Positions 1 to 8,435 of a DNA stretch of 33,517 bases are shown piece after piece. The position numbers and the translations under genes were made by a program. The stretch covers positions 1 to 33,517 of IMG/VR virus record IMGVR_UViG_3300032322_001962, one strand, 5' to 3'. The notes under the pieces were generated by a model. That model ran no database searches. It was not told where the DNA came from and worked only from the letters and a program-made list of their open reading frames with translations. Positions within the stretch are counted from its first letter, which is position 1, and every line of letters begins with the position of its first letter. This DNA comes from a virus. Taxonomy: Duplodnaviria; Caudoviricetes.

Positions 1-2
1 AC

Positions 3-494
3 TTAACAGCAGTACGAACTTCTAGCACAAAATTAACTTTCCAGCCCAGTACAGGACTATTAACGATCAGTGCATTACAGGTCAACGGCAAAGCAAACAG
101 CCTTCGACCAGAAAATATACAAACTGCCAGTTATACTATGCAATTAACTGATGCCGGCGGTGTGATCACTATGAATAATTCTTCAACAGCAACATTAACC
201 GTGCCTACAAACTCAGCGGTCGCATTTCCTACGGGCACATTTATTTGGTGTTATAGATTAGGATCTGCTAACGTAACACTTCAAGGTGATGCGGGTGTTA
301 CCCTAACAGCTACAGGAACCATGGCCCAAAATGAAGAACTATATATAAGAAAAAGAGATACGAATTCTTGGGTCGTATTTCATATAGCTACGGCCGGAAC
401 CTTAACAGTGACTGGAGGTTCAGTGACTACAGCGGGTGGATTTAGACGTCACGAATTTACCAGCACAGGCGGTTCGTCCCTAGTAGCATCGTAA
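3..494 (+). CDS. 5'-truncated virion fibre/structural protein (C-terminal part)
   Basis: The frame of ORF 138..494 is open from position 3 (LTAVRTSSTKLTFQPSTGLL...), so the gene starts upstream of the window. Thr/Ser/Gly-rich; 'TLTVPTNSAVAFPTGT' is typical of phage fibre C-terminal domains. Confidence 0.75.
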   Translation, partial: LTAVRTSSTKLTFQPSTGLLTISALQVNGKANSLRPENIQTASYTMQLTDAGGVITMNNSSTATLTVPTNSAVAFPTGTFIWCYRLGSANVTLQGDAGVTLTATGTMAQNEELYIRKRDTNSWVVFHIATAGTLTVTGGSVTTAGGFRRHEFTSTGGSSLVAS

Positions 495-505
495 AGAGAG
501 AAAAA

Positions 506-1471
506 ATGCCATTCATAAGCTCAATAAGAAACAAAGTAAATAGAGAACAGCCAGTAGAAATTCGAAAACAAGATATTTTCGAGGTTACCGGTGGAGATCT
601 AGTATACACTGCTGGAGGATATAAAATCCACGTGTTTACATCCGTGGGAGAATCCGGACTAAATGTAAAATTAAAAGATCAGTATAAAGATAATGCTCTA
701 GCTTTACAGACTGCTGCTAGCGGAATGATGGTTGAATATTTGGTTATCGCTGGAGGAGGCTCGGGCGGTAATAGCAACTCGACCAACGGTAACGGTGGCG
801 GTGGTGCTGGCGGATATAGATCAGGAACAGTAACATTAACCACTGGAACCACACCTACAAACGTAGGAGCCGGAGGTCCTCCTGTCGGATCCTACAGCAG
901 CGGCACTAATACTGGTGGTCCTTCTACTATGGGATCTATTACATCCACCGGTGGTGGTGGTGGCTCAAGTTATACCAGCGGTATTCCCGGTCAACCGGGT
1001 GGCTCAGGCGGTGGCTCGGGAGCCGGGTATCCAGCAGGAAACGGAACTCCAGGACAAGGAACTCCAGGCTCACCCGGAGCCTTTTATTGGTCAGGTTGTG
1101 GCGGTGGCGGATCATCAACTGCCGGCGGCAGCCCAGGCCCGATCCATCAGGGAGGATTTGGCACATCGAGCTCTATCACAGGATCAGCAGTTACTAGAGC
1201 TGGCGGTGGAGGCGGTGGAGGAAATTCTTCAGAAACCGGAGGTGACGGTGCGCATGGCGGTGGCCGAGGCCACGGATCAACTCCAAACTGGGGTTATAGT
1301 TATTATTCTTACAGCCAAGATCCTAGAGGAGGTTGGGGTGTCACACACGCATATTCATCAAATTTTGGATCAGGTGGCGGTGCTGGAAGTTATTGGTCTC
1401 CTAACATTGGTTGGAACGGATCGGGTTATGGTTCAAACGGTCTAGTAGTAGTTAGATATCCATTCACTTGA
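506..1471 (+). CDS. Glycine-rich virion protein, putative adhesin/fibre tip (paralog A)
   Basis: 321 aa; VEYLVIAGGGSGG...GGGGAGGYRSG, repeated GGGG blocks, C-terminal GLVVVRYP; paralog of 6443..7390. Confidence 0.75.
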   Translation: MPFISSIRNKVNREQPVEIRKQDIFEVTGGDLVYTAGGYKIHVFTSVGESGLNVKLKDQYKDNALALQTAASGMMVEYLVIAGGGSGGNSNSTNGNGGGGAGGYRSGTVTLTTGTTPTNVGAGGPPVGSYSSGTNTGGPSTMGSITSTGGGGGSSYTSGIPGQPGGSGGGSGAGYPAGNGTPGQGTPGSPGAFYWSGCGGGGSSTAGGSPGPIHQGGFGTSSSITGSAVTRAGGGGGGGNSSETGGDGAHGGGRGHGSTPNWGYSYYSYSQDPRGGWGVTHAYSSNFGSGGGAGSYWSPNIGWNGSGYGSNGLVVVRYPFT

Positions 1472-1472
1472 T

Positions 1473-1895
1473 ATGGCAACTTTTAAAACCACTTACAACA
1501 TCTTAAAAACTCCCTGGGAAGAAGAACTGTTCAATGAAAATTGGATGGACACCGATTCTCCTTATGCACCACCTACTGTAGACTGGGACTACAGTAGGGA
1601 GATGAAAATCGAAGATGTAGAAATTTGGGAACAGATTTATTACGCCACAGGCGGTATCGGATTATATGCAGCATATCTTCCCTATGCTGAATTTTACATG
1701 ATAACCGGTGAATGGATAGTAGAAAGACCTAGCAACATAGAATGTTTTTATGGACCAGGCTCTATGGAAGCAGCTTATAAAAGAGCAAGGGAGTTAGGAA
1801 TGCCTATTACCGTACAAAAACAATGGGTAGATGATCACGATATGTGGTTATATAAAGAACCCCCACCAGAGCCCGGCAAAATTATCTTACTTTAA
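1473..1895 (+). CDS. Uncharacterised protein, WDYSRE/IEDVxxWE family (paralog 1)
   Basis: 140 aa; starts 1 nt after the Gly-rich gene stop; clear similarity to 7390..7800 and 7790..8140. Confidence 0.75.
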   Translation: MATFKTTYNILKTPWEEELFNENWMDTDSPYAPPTVDWDYSREMKIEDVEIWEQIYYATGGIGLYAAYLPYAEFYMITGEWIVERPSNIECFYGPGSMEAAYKRARELGMPITVQKQWVDDHDMWLYKEPPPEPGKIILL

Positions 1896-2405
1896 ACTTT
1901 TCCATTTGTAGTAATTTAAGTTTATAACACAGCGCACACGCTGGTCAGTGCAGCTGGTTCCTGTGTGCATTGTTTCTGCAGGAAATGTCAACAATCGATT
2001 TTCTACCGAATCTACTCTGACATTATCGTCTTTTAATAGAGTATATCCATTGTTAGTATTGATGTAAAATATTGCAGTTTCTCCATCAAAATCATTAACA
2101 TCGTTGTGCATATCGTAAACAATAACCTTATCTGTAACTGTTTGCAAGTTAGCTTTTATTCGAACGATAGCTGAAGGATTTATTTTTATTAATAAAGGTT
2201 CTAACAGATATAGAAAATTACTTTGGATTTTATATTCGTCAAAAAATGTGTGCGTGAATTGAAAATTATGTAAGTCAGAAACCACCGAATTTTTTTGAAC
2301 TTTATTAGAATTTAAATACCACGGAAAATTTGCTGTCAACAATATTTCCTGAATTTTTTTAAATTCCTGATAGTTTACAAAATTATCTGTGATTTGATAT
2401 TTCAT
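1887..2405 (-). CDS. 2OG-Fe(II) oxygenase-like protein
   Basis: HxD (HND), TAIFYINTNNG, NRLLTF, distal His (MHTG), then R-x-V-I-N; double-stranded beta-helix motif spacing. Confidence 0.7.
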   Translation of the reverse strand: MKYQITDNFVNYQEFKKIQEILLTANFPWYLNSNKVQKNSVVSDLHNFQFTHTFFDEYKIQSNFLYLLEPLLIKINPSAIVRIKANLQTVTDKVIVYDMHNDVNDFDGETAIFYINTNNGYTLLKDDNVRVDSVENRLLTFPAETMHTGTSCTDQRVRCVINLNYYKWKSLK

Positions 2406-3010
2406 TTGGACGTATCAAATAATATGTTTCCAGACAACGAAATCCTTACTTCGTCGCTGGAGTAGAACGGATATACACAATGAACTAATTTGCTAGGAAA
2501 CATGATTAACGTGCCTTCCCAAGATTTGTCAATATACAATCTCTCAAGCATGATGTTACCTAACATTGAAATATAGGAAAATTCAAAACATCCGCTGTAA
2601 TTGTTTTTTCCCTTGGTGTGCTCGTCTTTGATTTCAAACGGAACTTGAATCCAGGAAGCATAACTTATGCAGCCCTCATGGAAATGATTCGGTACGAATT
2701 CATATTTTTTTTGTAGATTAAACCAAGGTTGATTAAAATACAAGGGCATATTATGAGTACAATGATCGAAACTATTAAAATATCTAGGAAATGAACTGAT
2801 AAATTCTTTACTTATACCCTTTACAAACATTTTAAATTCATCTAAATTCTTTTCTAGTTTAATAGTTTTAGGAATTCCGTTACCGTCGATAGCTGTAGGA
2901 TGCGCAGTATTGTTGTCCGATGATGCTTCTTGTTGTAGCTTGCCCAATAATGATTGAGGTATTTGGCATTTTAATATTCCAAAATTTTCAAAATGCAGTA
3001 ATTCTATCAT
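2402..3010 (-). CDS. Putative 2OG-Fe(II) oxygenase (HxH type, TIGR02466-like)
   Basis: PNHFH...FPSKLVHCVYP...RISLSGN; 4-nt overlap with the neighbouring gene. Confidence 0.8.
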   Translation of the reverse strand: MIELLHFENFGILKCQIPQSLLGKLQQEASSDNNTAHPTAIDGNGIPKTIKLEKNLDEFKMFVKGISKEFISSFPRYFNSFDHCTHNMPLYFNQPWFNLQKKYEFVPNHFHEGCISYASWIQVPFEIKDEHTKGKNNYSGCFEFSYISMLGNIMLERLYIDKSWEGTLIMFPSKLVHCVYPFYSSDEVRISLSGNILFDTSK

Positions 3011-3606
3011 GCAAATTCAAAATTAGCACTTATACTAATTCTCCGCTTGTTGCTAAGATTTTTTTCAACCATATGAGGCAAATTTGATCTGAAAATCAAA
3101 AGTAAATTTTCTGCAGGTTCATATGCACAGGTTTTCCAACTGGTTAAATTTTCATTATGGGATTCAATAGGCAAAGTATACATATCGGTAAGAGCTTCAA
3201 AACTTCGAAATCTTATTTTACCGCAATCTGTAGGAACATCAACATAATAAGTTAAGCTAAAATGAGATCTTGTGTGTTGATGATATTCCTGATATGCTCC
3301 GGGTTCGGCAACATTAAACCAAAGATCTTTACAATGAAGATGAATCATAGGTAAAGTAATTCCGTAGACTTTGCTGAATTCGTAGACCTTAAGTCTAAAT
3401 ATCTCCACAAGATCATTTACTATCGGATCATTGGCATCTCTGTAATCATAATGCCCTATAGTATTAAAAGTATCACAGGCCCATTTAGTCGTGACATTTT
3501 TATTAGATTTTTCATAGATATCTAAAGCGATTTTTTTGAGATACTGATTATGCTCAAACTCTATCAAATGGTTATAAATTAATGTTGGAAACCAAGATTC
3601 TATCAT
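3007..3606 (-). CDS. Putative 2OG-Fe(II) oxygenase (HxH type, TIGR02466-like)
   Basis: N-terminal WFPTLIY; WFN...QEYHQH...SLTYYV...FRSNLPHMV...RISISAN. Confidence 0.85.
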   Translation of the reverse strand: MIESWFPTLIYNHLIEFEHNQYLKKIALDIYEKSNKNVTTKWACDTFNTIGHYDYRDANDPIVNDLVEIFRLKVYEFSKVYGITLPMIHLHCKDLWFNVAEPGAYQEYHQHTRSHFSLTYYVDVPTDCGKIRFRSFEALTDMYTLPIESHNENLTSWKTCAYEPAENLLLIFRSNLPHMVEKNLSNKRRISISANFEFA

Positions 3607-4253
3607 TTTGTAAATATAATATAATTTTTTTGATGACTCGCTTGATCTTGTTCTATCTGGACATCGGGTTTATCGAGTGTTCCTATAGATTCTCTTCGAT
3701 CAAATTTAAATTCTGAATAAGGACCATCTGCATTTACATAGTGTAAAAATGCCTGTACTTGCCAAGCATCTTGGTCTACTTCAAATGCATTCCTCCAGTG
3801 CTCTAAGTCGCAGCCTCTGTAAATAACCATATCTCCAGGATACAATTTTACTTCAGATCCATTCATATAAATCGGCCAACAATCTTTATCATCATAATTG
3901 TAATTTAAACATACGGTAGCTGAAATTTCGCAACTCGGTCTGTCTACGTGCGGCTGTAGATCGTCTCTATCTCTATAAACTCTGTAATACGAATATGTGG
4001 GATATAATCTCAGTCCAGTGCTTCTCTCCATCACCGGGTGCATATGCAACAACAGAGATTCCATTGCAGGATCACCATATTTAGAATGTGCCTCGGCCAC
4101 CTGAGCATATTCTTTTCCTCTTAACTTTTTTTCGGGTGTGAAATCCTGCATTTCATCGAATAACGCATATTGGGTTATAAAATCTCTCAGTTCCTGAGAT
4201 AAAGCAGATTTCACGACTACATAACCGTTTTTGATAAAAAAATCATTATTCAT
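3603..4253 (-). CDS. 2OG-Fe(II) oxygenase-like protein
   Basis: YRVY...LQPHVDRPSCEISAT...GDMVIYRGCDLEHWR...QAFLHYV; HxD...H triad. Confidence 0.8.
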   Translation of the reverse strand: MNNDFFIKNGYVVVKSALSQELRDFITQYALFDEMQDFTPEKKLRGKEYAQVAEAHSKYGDPAMESLLLHMHPVMERSTGLRLYPTYSYYRVYRDRDDLQPHVDRPSCEISATVCLNYNYDDKDCWPIYMNGSEVKLYPGDMVIYRGCDLEHWRNAFEVDQDAWQVQAFLHYVNADGPYSEFKFDRRESIGTLDKPDVQIEQDQASHQKNYIIFTK

Positions 4254-5042
4254 TTATTTTCCCCTGGAGTGAAAAGGACATCCTTTTTCTCTTTCTTCTA
4301 TTTTTTGATGTAATTTTTTCTTTCGATTATAGATCTGAGAAGAATCATGGCTGGTATCTCTCATAATCATCTTGTCAATTCCAAACAATCTAGAATATTC
4401 TTCTTTAGATACTAAATGATGTATTAGTTTTACCGGTCTCTCGGATAACGGATGCATCATTACTAACGGATTTAGTGCTGGAATAGTACATTTTTGATGA
4501 TATTTCTTTTGTTTCACAAAAAGATTGATTTCAGTGGCGTGATTATATTTGTAATTCACAACTGCAGGTAAAATAGAAATCGTGTCTTGATAATCAACCA
4601 TATTCCATAACGGTTCAGTCCAGGTGAAATAAATTTCTTCATTTGATCTTAGAGCCCAAGGAGATACAATTTTTATATTGTGTCCTTGTTGACCCGAAAA
4701 TCCCTCGAATTGTCTTTGAACGTGCGAATGACTAGTATCCAGATCAGAATTTGATGACCGCCACTGCCATTCCGGATATTCTCCAATCGGAGCAACTTCT
4801 AACTCCATTTCAAACCAGGAAGGAATCACTATTCCTTTTTTGTAATAATCGATAAATCCAGTGCAATGTTTTATAGTTGCACCTTTGGTTAGTTCTGGTA
4901 GTTGACCAGGAGTTTTCTTCCACCAATCAGGAACATACTTAGATGCTTGATCTATTTTAGCATAATCGTAAGCATGATTTAAATGAGTAAAACATTCTAA
5001 AATTATTTCTTTTTCTTTAATAAAAAAATTTTTAAAATTCAT
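4254..5042 (-). CDS. Conserved hypothetical protein within the oxygenase operon
   Basis: 262 aa; PDWWK...TIKHCTGFIDY..GIVIPSW...KIVSPW; no clear HxD...H triad; coupled to neighbours. Confidence 0.65.
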   Translation of the reverse strand: MNFKNFFIKEKEIILECFTHLNHAYDYAKIDQASKYVPDWWKKTPGQLPELTKGATIKHCTGFIDYYKKGIVIPSWFEMELEVAPIGEYPEWQWRSSNSDLDTSHSHVQRQFEGFSGQQGHNIKIVSPWALRSNEEIYFTWTEPLWNMVDYQDTISILPAVVNYKYNHATEINLFVKQKKYHQKCTIPALNPLVMMHPLSERPVKLIHHLVSKEEYSRLFGIDKMIMRDTSHDSSQIYNRKKKLHQKIEEREKGCPFHSRGK

Positions 5043-5707
5043 AATAGTATCTGTCTCGATGCAGGAACAGGAAAATAATCTGAGCTTATTTCGTGTATAA
5101 AAAATACCTGGGTTAATCTTGGTTGATTATCATTTCCTGTAAATTTATTAACCCCGTGATACTGGAACCCGTCATAGGCAATAAGTCGATTGAAAATGTT
5201 TTTAAAATTAATAGTTTCCTCAAAAAGTTCATTATTTTCTTGTATCTTTTGTTTATAATAATTGGATTTTGAGGATTGATAGTTTAGGTACATATCCTGT
5301 TTTTCTTCTAAATTTATCGGACTATTGAAATAATTTTTAGATCTAAATATCGATGTTCCACAATTTAGATCGATATCCGGCGTTAGATAAATTACACCGG
5401 CGTAAGTTCGATAATCAGAATGTACCCATCCTTGATTGATGTCATCATACTGACCTGGTTCCATTATTTGAAAATAAGTTTCTACAGAATATTTTAAACT
5501 GCTTGTTTTTTTTAGATCAAAATTTAAAGAAAAAAGTTTATCGCAAAAATTTTTAAAGAATGCGCTGTCAATAGAATCGAGAGATCTTGATCTTTTGCCT
5601 GGCCAGGGTATCTGGGTCGTTTCTTCAAATTTTAATGATAGCGCAAATTCTCTAATTTTGTCAGGATAAGTGTAAAAGTTATCTACACATAATGTGGGAA
5701 AATACAT
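5039..5707 (-). CDS. 2OG-Fe(II) oxygenase-like protein (DUF6445-like)
   Basis: VDNFY..PD.IR...WPGKRS...GWVHSD...GVIYLTP...GTS...NRLIAYDG..YHG...RLTQVFF. Confidence 0.75.
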   Translation of the reverse strand: MYFPTLCVDNFYTYPDKIREFALSLKFEETTQIPWPGKRSRSLDSIDSAFFKNFCDKLFSLNFDLKKTSSLKYSVETYFQIMEPGQYDDINQGWVHSDYRTYAGVIYLTPDIDLNCGTSIFRSKNYFNSPINLEEKQDMYLNYQSSKSNYYKQKIQENNELFEETINFKNIFNRLIAYDGFQYHGVNKFTGNDNQPRLTQVFFIHEISSDYFPVPASRQILL

Positions 5708-5708
5708 A

Positions 5709-6338
5709 TTATATGTCTCTATCCTTGATCCATGTTACTAACGCATATTTTGTTCCCGATTTTACAGGATGCGCGATATGTTCGTAAGCATAATTAGACG
5801 GAAATAAAACCAACATTCCGGGCTCTGGCTTGATCTTAAAATTAAAATTTGGGAACTCTAATTCTCCGCCCTCATAATCATTATTGAGATAGCAGATAGC
5901 AGATATCGATCTTCCCATGACCGTTCCGCCGTCGTAATGAGGTTTGTACTCTTCTCCCTCTGAATATTTTAACATATGATAATGCTCGTGAAAAAGCTGC
6001 TCTTTAATTCTAAATCTTTTTGCATAAGGATTTGAAGCAGCCAATAAAAGCATATAGAATTGATTATGTATATTTTGTAATGCAGGATTATTAGATATAT
6101 AGGCAAGGTGAGTAACAGGCATTAACTTATTAGTTCTGTAGTTCTGATAAGCTCCGCTGTCTATAGTTTCTGCCTGCTGCCAATATGTTCCAGAATTAGG
6201 ATTAGATACTTCTCTTTCCATTAATTTTATAGCTTCGTCTGGGTTTGGCCACACATTTTCGTAAATAGCTATACAACCACCTACAATAGTGTGAGGTTCG
6301 ATTTCTCCAGGAAAAAATCCGTTTACTTGAAGGGTCAT
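5709..6338 (-). CDS. Prolyl 4-hydroxylase-like 2OG-Fe(II) oxygenase
   Basis: LKY..GEEYKPHYD...RSISAICYLNNDYEGGELEF...LFPSNYAYEHIAHPVKSGTKYALVTW; AAGGA Shine-Dalgarno upstream; first gene of the operon. Confidence 0.9.
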   Translation of the reverse strand: MTLQVNGFFPGEIEPHTIVGGCIAIYENVWPNPDEAIKLMEREVSNPNSGTYWQQAETIDSGAYQNYRTNKLMPVTHLAYISNNPALQNIHNQFYMLLLAASNPYAKRFRIKEQLFHEHYHMLKYSEGEEYKPHYDGGTVMGRSISAICYLNNDYEGGELEFPNFNFKIKPEPGMLVLFPSNYAYEHIAHPVKSGTKYALVTWIKDRDI

Positions 6339-6359
6339 CTTAAGTCCTTTAATAATAGC

Positions 6360-6418
6360 TATTTAATTGTCAAAAACAAGTTTTTACTAAATATTGAAAT
6401 AAAAAAATACTAAATATT
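6360..6418. promoter_or_regulatory. Divergent late-promoter region (TAAATA boxes on both strands)
   Basis: TAAATA on the minus strand at 6365-6360 facing the oxygenase operon; TACTAAATATT repeated at 6385-6395 and 6408-6418 facing the Gly-rich gene. Confidence 0.6.
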
Positions 6419-6442
6419 ATATCACTCCTTTAGGAAAGAAAA

Positions 6443-7390
6443 ATGCCATTTGTAACTACTATTCGAAGAAATCACGCCAAAGAACAACAGCTAAAAATTG
6501 AAAAACCTCGCTGGGAATTAACTGGAGGAGATAAAGTTTATACTGCAGGGGGCTATAAAATACATATGTTTACATCTGTAGGAGAAGCCAATCTCTTTTT
6601 AAGGAACCTATCTAGTCCAAATATTCTAAATCTTCAGGGAGGCGCGGGCGGCGGAATGATGGTTGAATATCTTTGTGTCGCAGGCGGCGGAGCAGGCGGC
6701 GCCGAAAGAAACGATGGCGGCTCGGGCGGCGGGGGCGGAGCAGGCGGCTATAGGTCAGGAACATTCACTCTAACCACTGGAACCACTCCTGTTACCGTTG
6801 GCGGCGGTGGCACCGGGTTCGAACCCAGCAGCTACGGCGGACCGGGCGGCCCGGGCGGAGACGGCGGCGGATCATCTGTTGGACCGATTTCTTCCACCGG
6901 CGGTGGAGGTGGTGGGTTTTATACTACTAACGGAAATCCGGGCGGATCTGCTGGCGGCGGCGGAGTAAATACTAGTTCTCCTACTAGCGGAACTCCAGGA
7001 CAAGGAAATCCGGGCGGACACGGACAGAGCAGCAGCTCATCCGGAAGAGGAGGAGGCGGTGGTGGCTCCGGTGGGGCCGGGCAACCAGGTCCTAGTTCTG
7101 GTGGGACAGGCGGCCCTGGCACAACCTGGCCAGGAAATGCAACTACATATGCTGGCGGAGGCGGTGGTGGCGCCGGTCCGAGAATTGGACCCGGCGGTGC
7201 TGGTGGCCCTGGCAATGGCGGGCCGGGAGGATGGGGAATCATTTACCCTAGACAAGGAACTCCGGCTCCTTATTACGGAAATAACTTCGGTAGTGGCGGT
7301 GGAGGAGTATCAGGATCGGGCAATTCGGGACCAGGTCCTGGCGGCTTCGGCGCTCCTGGGATAGTAATAGTTCGTTATCCGTTTCCATAA
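6443..7390 (+). CDS. Glycine/proline-rich virion protein, putative adhesin/fibre tip (paralog B)
   Basis: 315 aa; same architecture as 506..1471; many GPGG/PG units; C-terminal GIVIVRYP. Confidence 0.75.
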   Translation: MPFVTTIRRNHAKEQQLKIEKPRWELTGGDKVYTAGGYKIHMFTSVGEANLFLRNLSSPNILNLQGGAGGGMMVEYLCVAGGGAGGAERNDGGSGGGGGAGGYRSGTFTLTTGTTPVTVGGGGTGFEPSSYGGPGGPGGDGGGSSVGPISSTGGGGGGFYTTNGNPGGSAGGGGVNTSSPTSGTPGQGNPGGHGQSSSSSGRGGGGGGSGGAGQPGPSSGGTGGPGTTWPGNATTYAGGGGGGAGPRIGPGGAGGPGNGGPGGWGIIYPRQGTPAPYYGNNFGSGGGGVSGSGNSGPGPGGFGAPGIVIVRYPFP

Positions 7391-7800
7391 TGCCTCTTTT
7401 TAAAACCACACATAATATACTTGGTCCAAGAGATCAAGATGAACTATTTGATAGAAACCATCTAGATAGAAATACCCCTTGGCTACCAGCTTCGAAAGAA
7501 TGGGATTATTCTAGAGAAATGCAGATAGAAGATGTTGATATCTGGGAAATATTATACGAAGCTGGTCACGGGATAGGCGTCTACGCATCTTATTCACCAT
7601 TTGCAGAATTTTATATGGTGACAACAGGCTGGCTTCCTCTACAGCAAGGACAGAGATATAACGATAAGATCATAGAAACCTATTACGGTCCCGGCGCACA
7701 GCAAAAGGTCTATAAACGATCTAAAGAGTTAGGAATAGATCTTTGTCTTTACAAAACTTGGGTAGCAGACGACGAAATGTGGCTTTATAATGGTAGCTAA
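7390..7800 (+). CDS. Uncharacterised protein, WDYSRE/IEDVxxWE family (paralog 2)
   Basis: TAATG stop/start overlap with the Gly-rich gene; FKTTxNIL, WDYSREMxIEDVxIWE and GIGxYAxYxPxAEFYM shared with 1473..1895. Confidence 0.75.
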   Translation: MPLFKTTHNILGPRDQDELFDRNHLDRNTPWLPASKEWDYSREMQIEDVDIWEILYEAGHGIGVYASYSPFAEFYMVTTGWLPLQQGQRYNDKIIETYYGPGAQQKVYKRSKELGIDLCLYKTWVADDEMWLYNGS

Positions 7801-8140
7801 GTTTATTTCAAATTTTGATATCGAGAATAATAGCTGGTCTCAGAGAAATTATGATAAAAATTTCTTAAAAACTCCGCCAAGTGATCCTTGGAATTCAAAT
7901 AGTAACCCTGATATAGAAGACATACGTGTCTGGGAAGAAATCTATTATGATCCTGGAATTATCGGAGTATATGCAGCTTGGGATCCTTACTGTGAATTTT
8001 ATATTATCGATTATCCCTTTATAAGAGATACAGATAAAAGGTTTTTAAAATTTTATGGTTTCGAATCGTCAGATAAAATTCAAGAAATACTCAAAAAATA
8101 CAACATAGAAATTCCGTTGTCTACTATAAAAATCAACTAA
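7790..8140 (+). CDS. Uncharacterised protein, divergent member of the same family (paralog 3)
   Basis: PPSDPW...IEDIRVWEEIYY...IGVYAAWDPYCEFY...FYG. Confidence 0.7.
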   Translation: MVAKFISNFDIENNSWSQRNYDKNFLKTPPSDPWNSNSNPDIEDIRVWEEIYYDPGIIGVYAAWDPYCEFYIIDYPFIRDTDKRFLKFYGFESSDKIQEILKKYNIEIPLSTIKIN

Positions 8141-8382
8141 TAAAAAGTAAGACTAAATTTCATACAATCGACGGGATTGATAAATCGTATATTTGAAAAA
8201 TAACCTTGTTCGTCGATTAATTGAGAATCGTATTCTCTCAACCAAAGTTCTTTTACTCTAGCCCATTTATCGTCAGCGTTGGCTATTTCAGTAGAGTATT
8301 TTTCCAGCAGTGTTTTGAGGCCCTTCAGGAAATAAGGAAAAACTGTAGAGTCCTTGTCAAATACGGGTAAATCTGTCATCAT
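8137..8382 (-). CDS. Hypothetical protein (81 aa; start revised to ATG 8382)
   Basis: Perfect TATAAATA on the minus strand (8395-8388), 5 nt before ATG 8382; the longer called start would overlap the next gene. Confidence 0.6.
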   Translation of the reverse strand: MMTDLPVFDKDSTVFPYFLKGLKTLLEKYSTEIANADDKWARVKELWLREYDSQLIDEQGYFSNIRFINPVDCMKFSLTFY

Positions 8383-8387
8383 GTTAA

Positions 8388-8430
8388 TATTTATAAGGCG
8401 GAATATAGAACTTAGAACACAGGATAAATA
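8388..8430. promoter_or_regulatory. Back-to-back late promoters
   Basis: TATAAATA (minus, 8395-8388) and GATAAATA (plus, 8423-8430), each 5 nt from an ATG. Confidence 0.7.
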
Positions 8431-8435
8431 ACAGT

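Noticed and set aside
915-1445. Alternate-frame ORFs within the Gly-rich genes (also 939..1166, 7037..7255, 7059..7364)
   Set aside because: Expected from stop-poor, GC-rich Gly codon runs; no initiation signals and no slippery site seen
1887-6442. Invertible or transposable cassette
   Set aside because: No recombinase or transposase and no terminal inverted repeats recognised; opposite orientation alone is insufficient
6919-7242. Pro-rich, collagen-looking minus-strand ORF (107 aa)
   Set aside because: It is the antisense shadow of the GG-rich codons in the Gly-rich gene; no promoter or RBS seen
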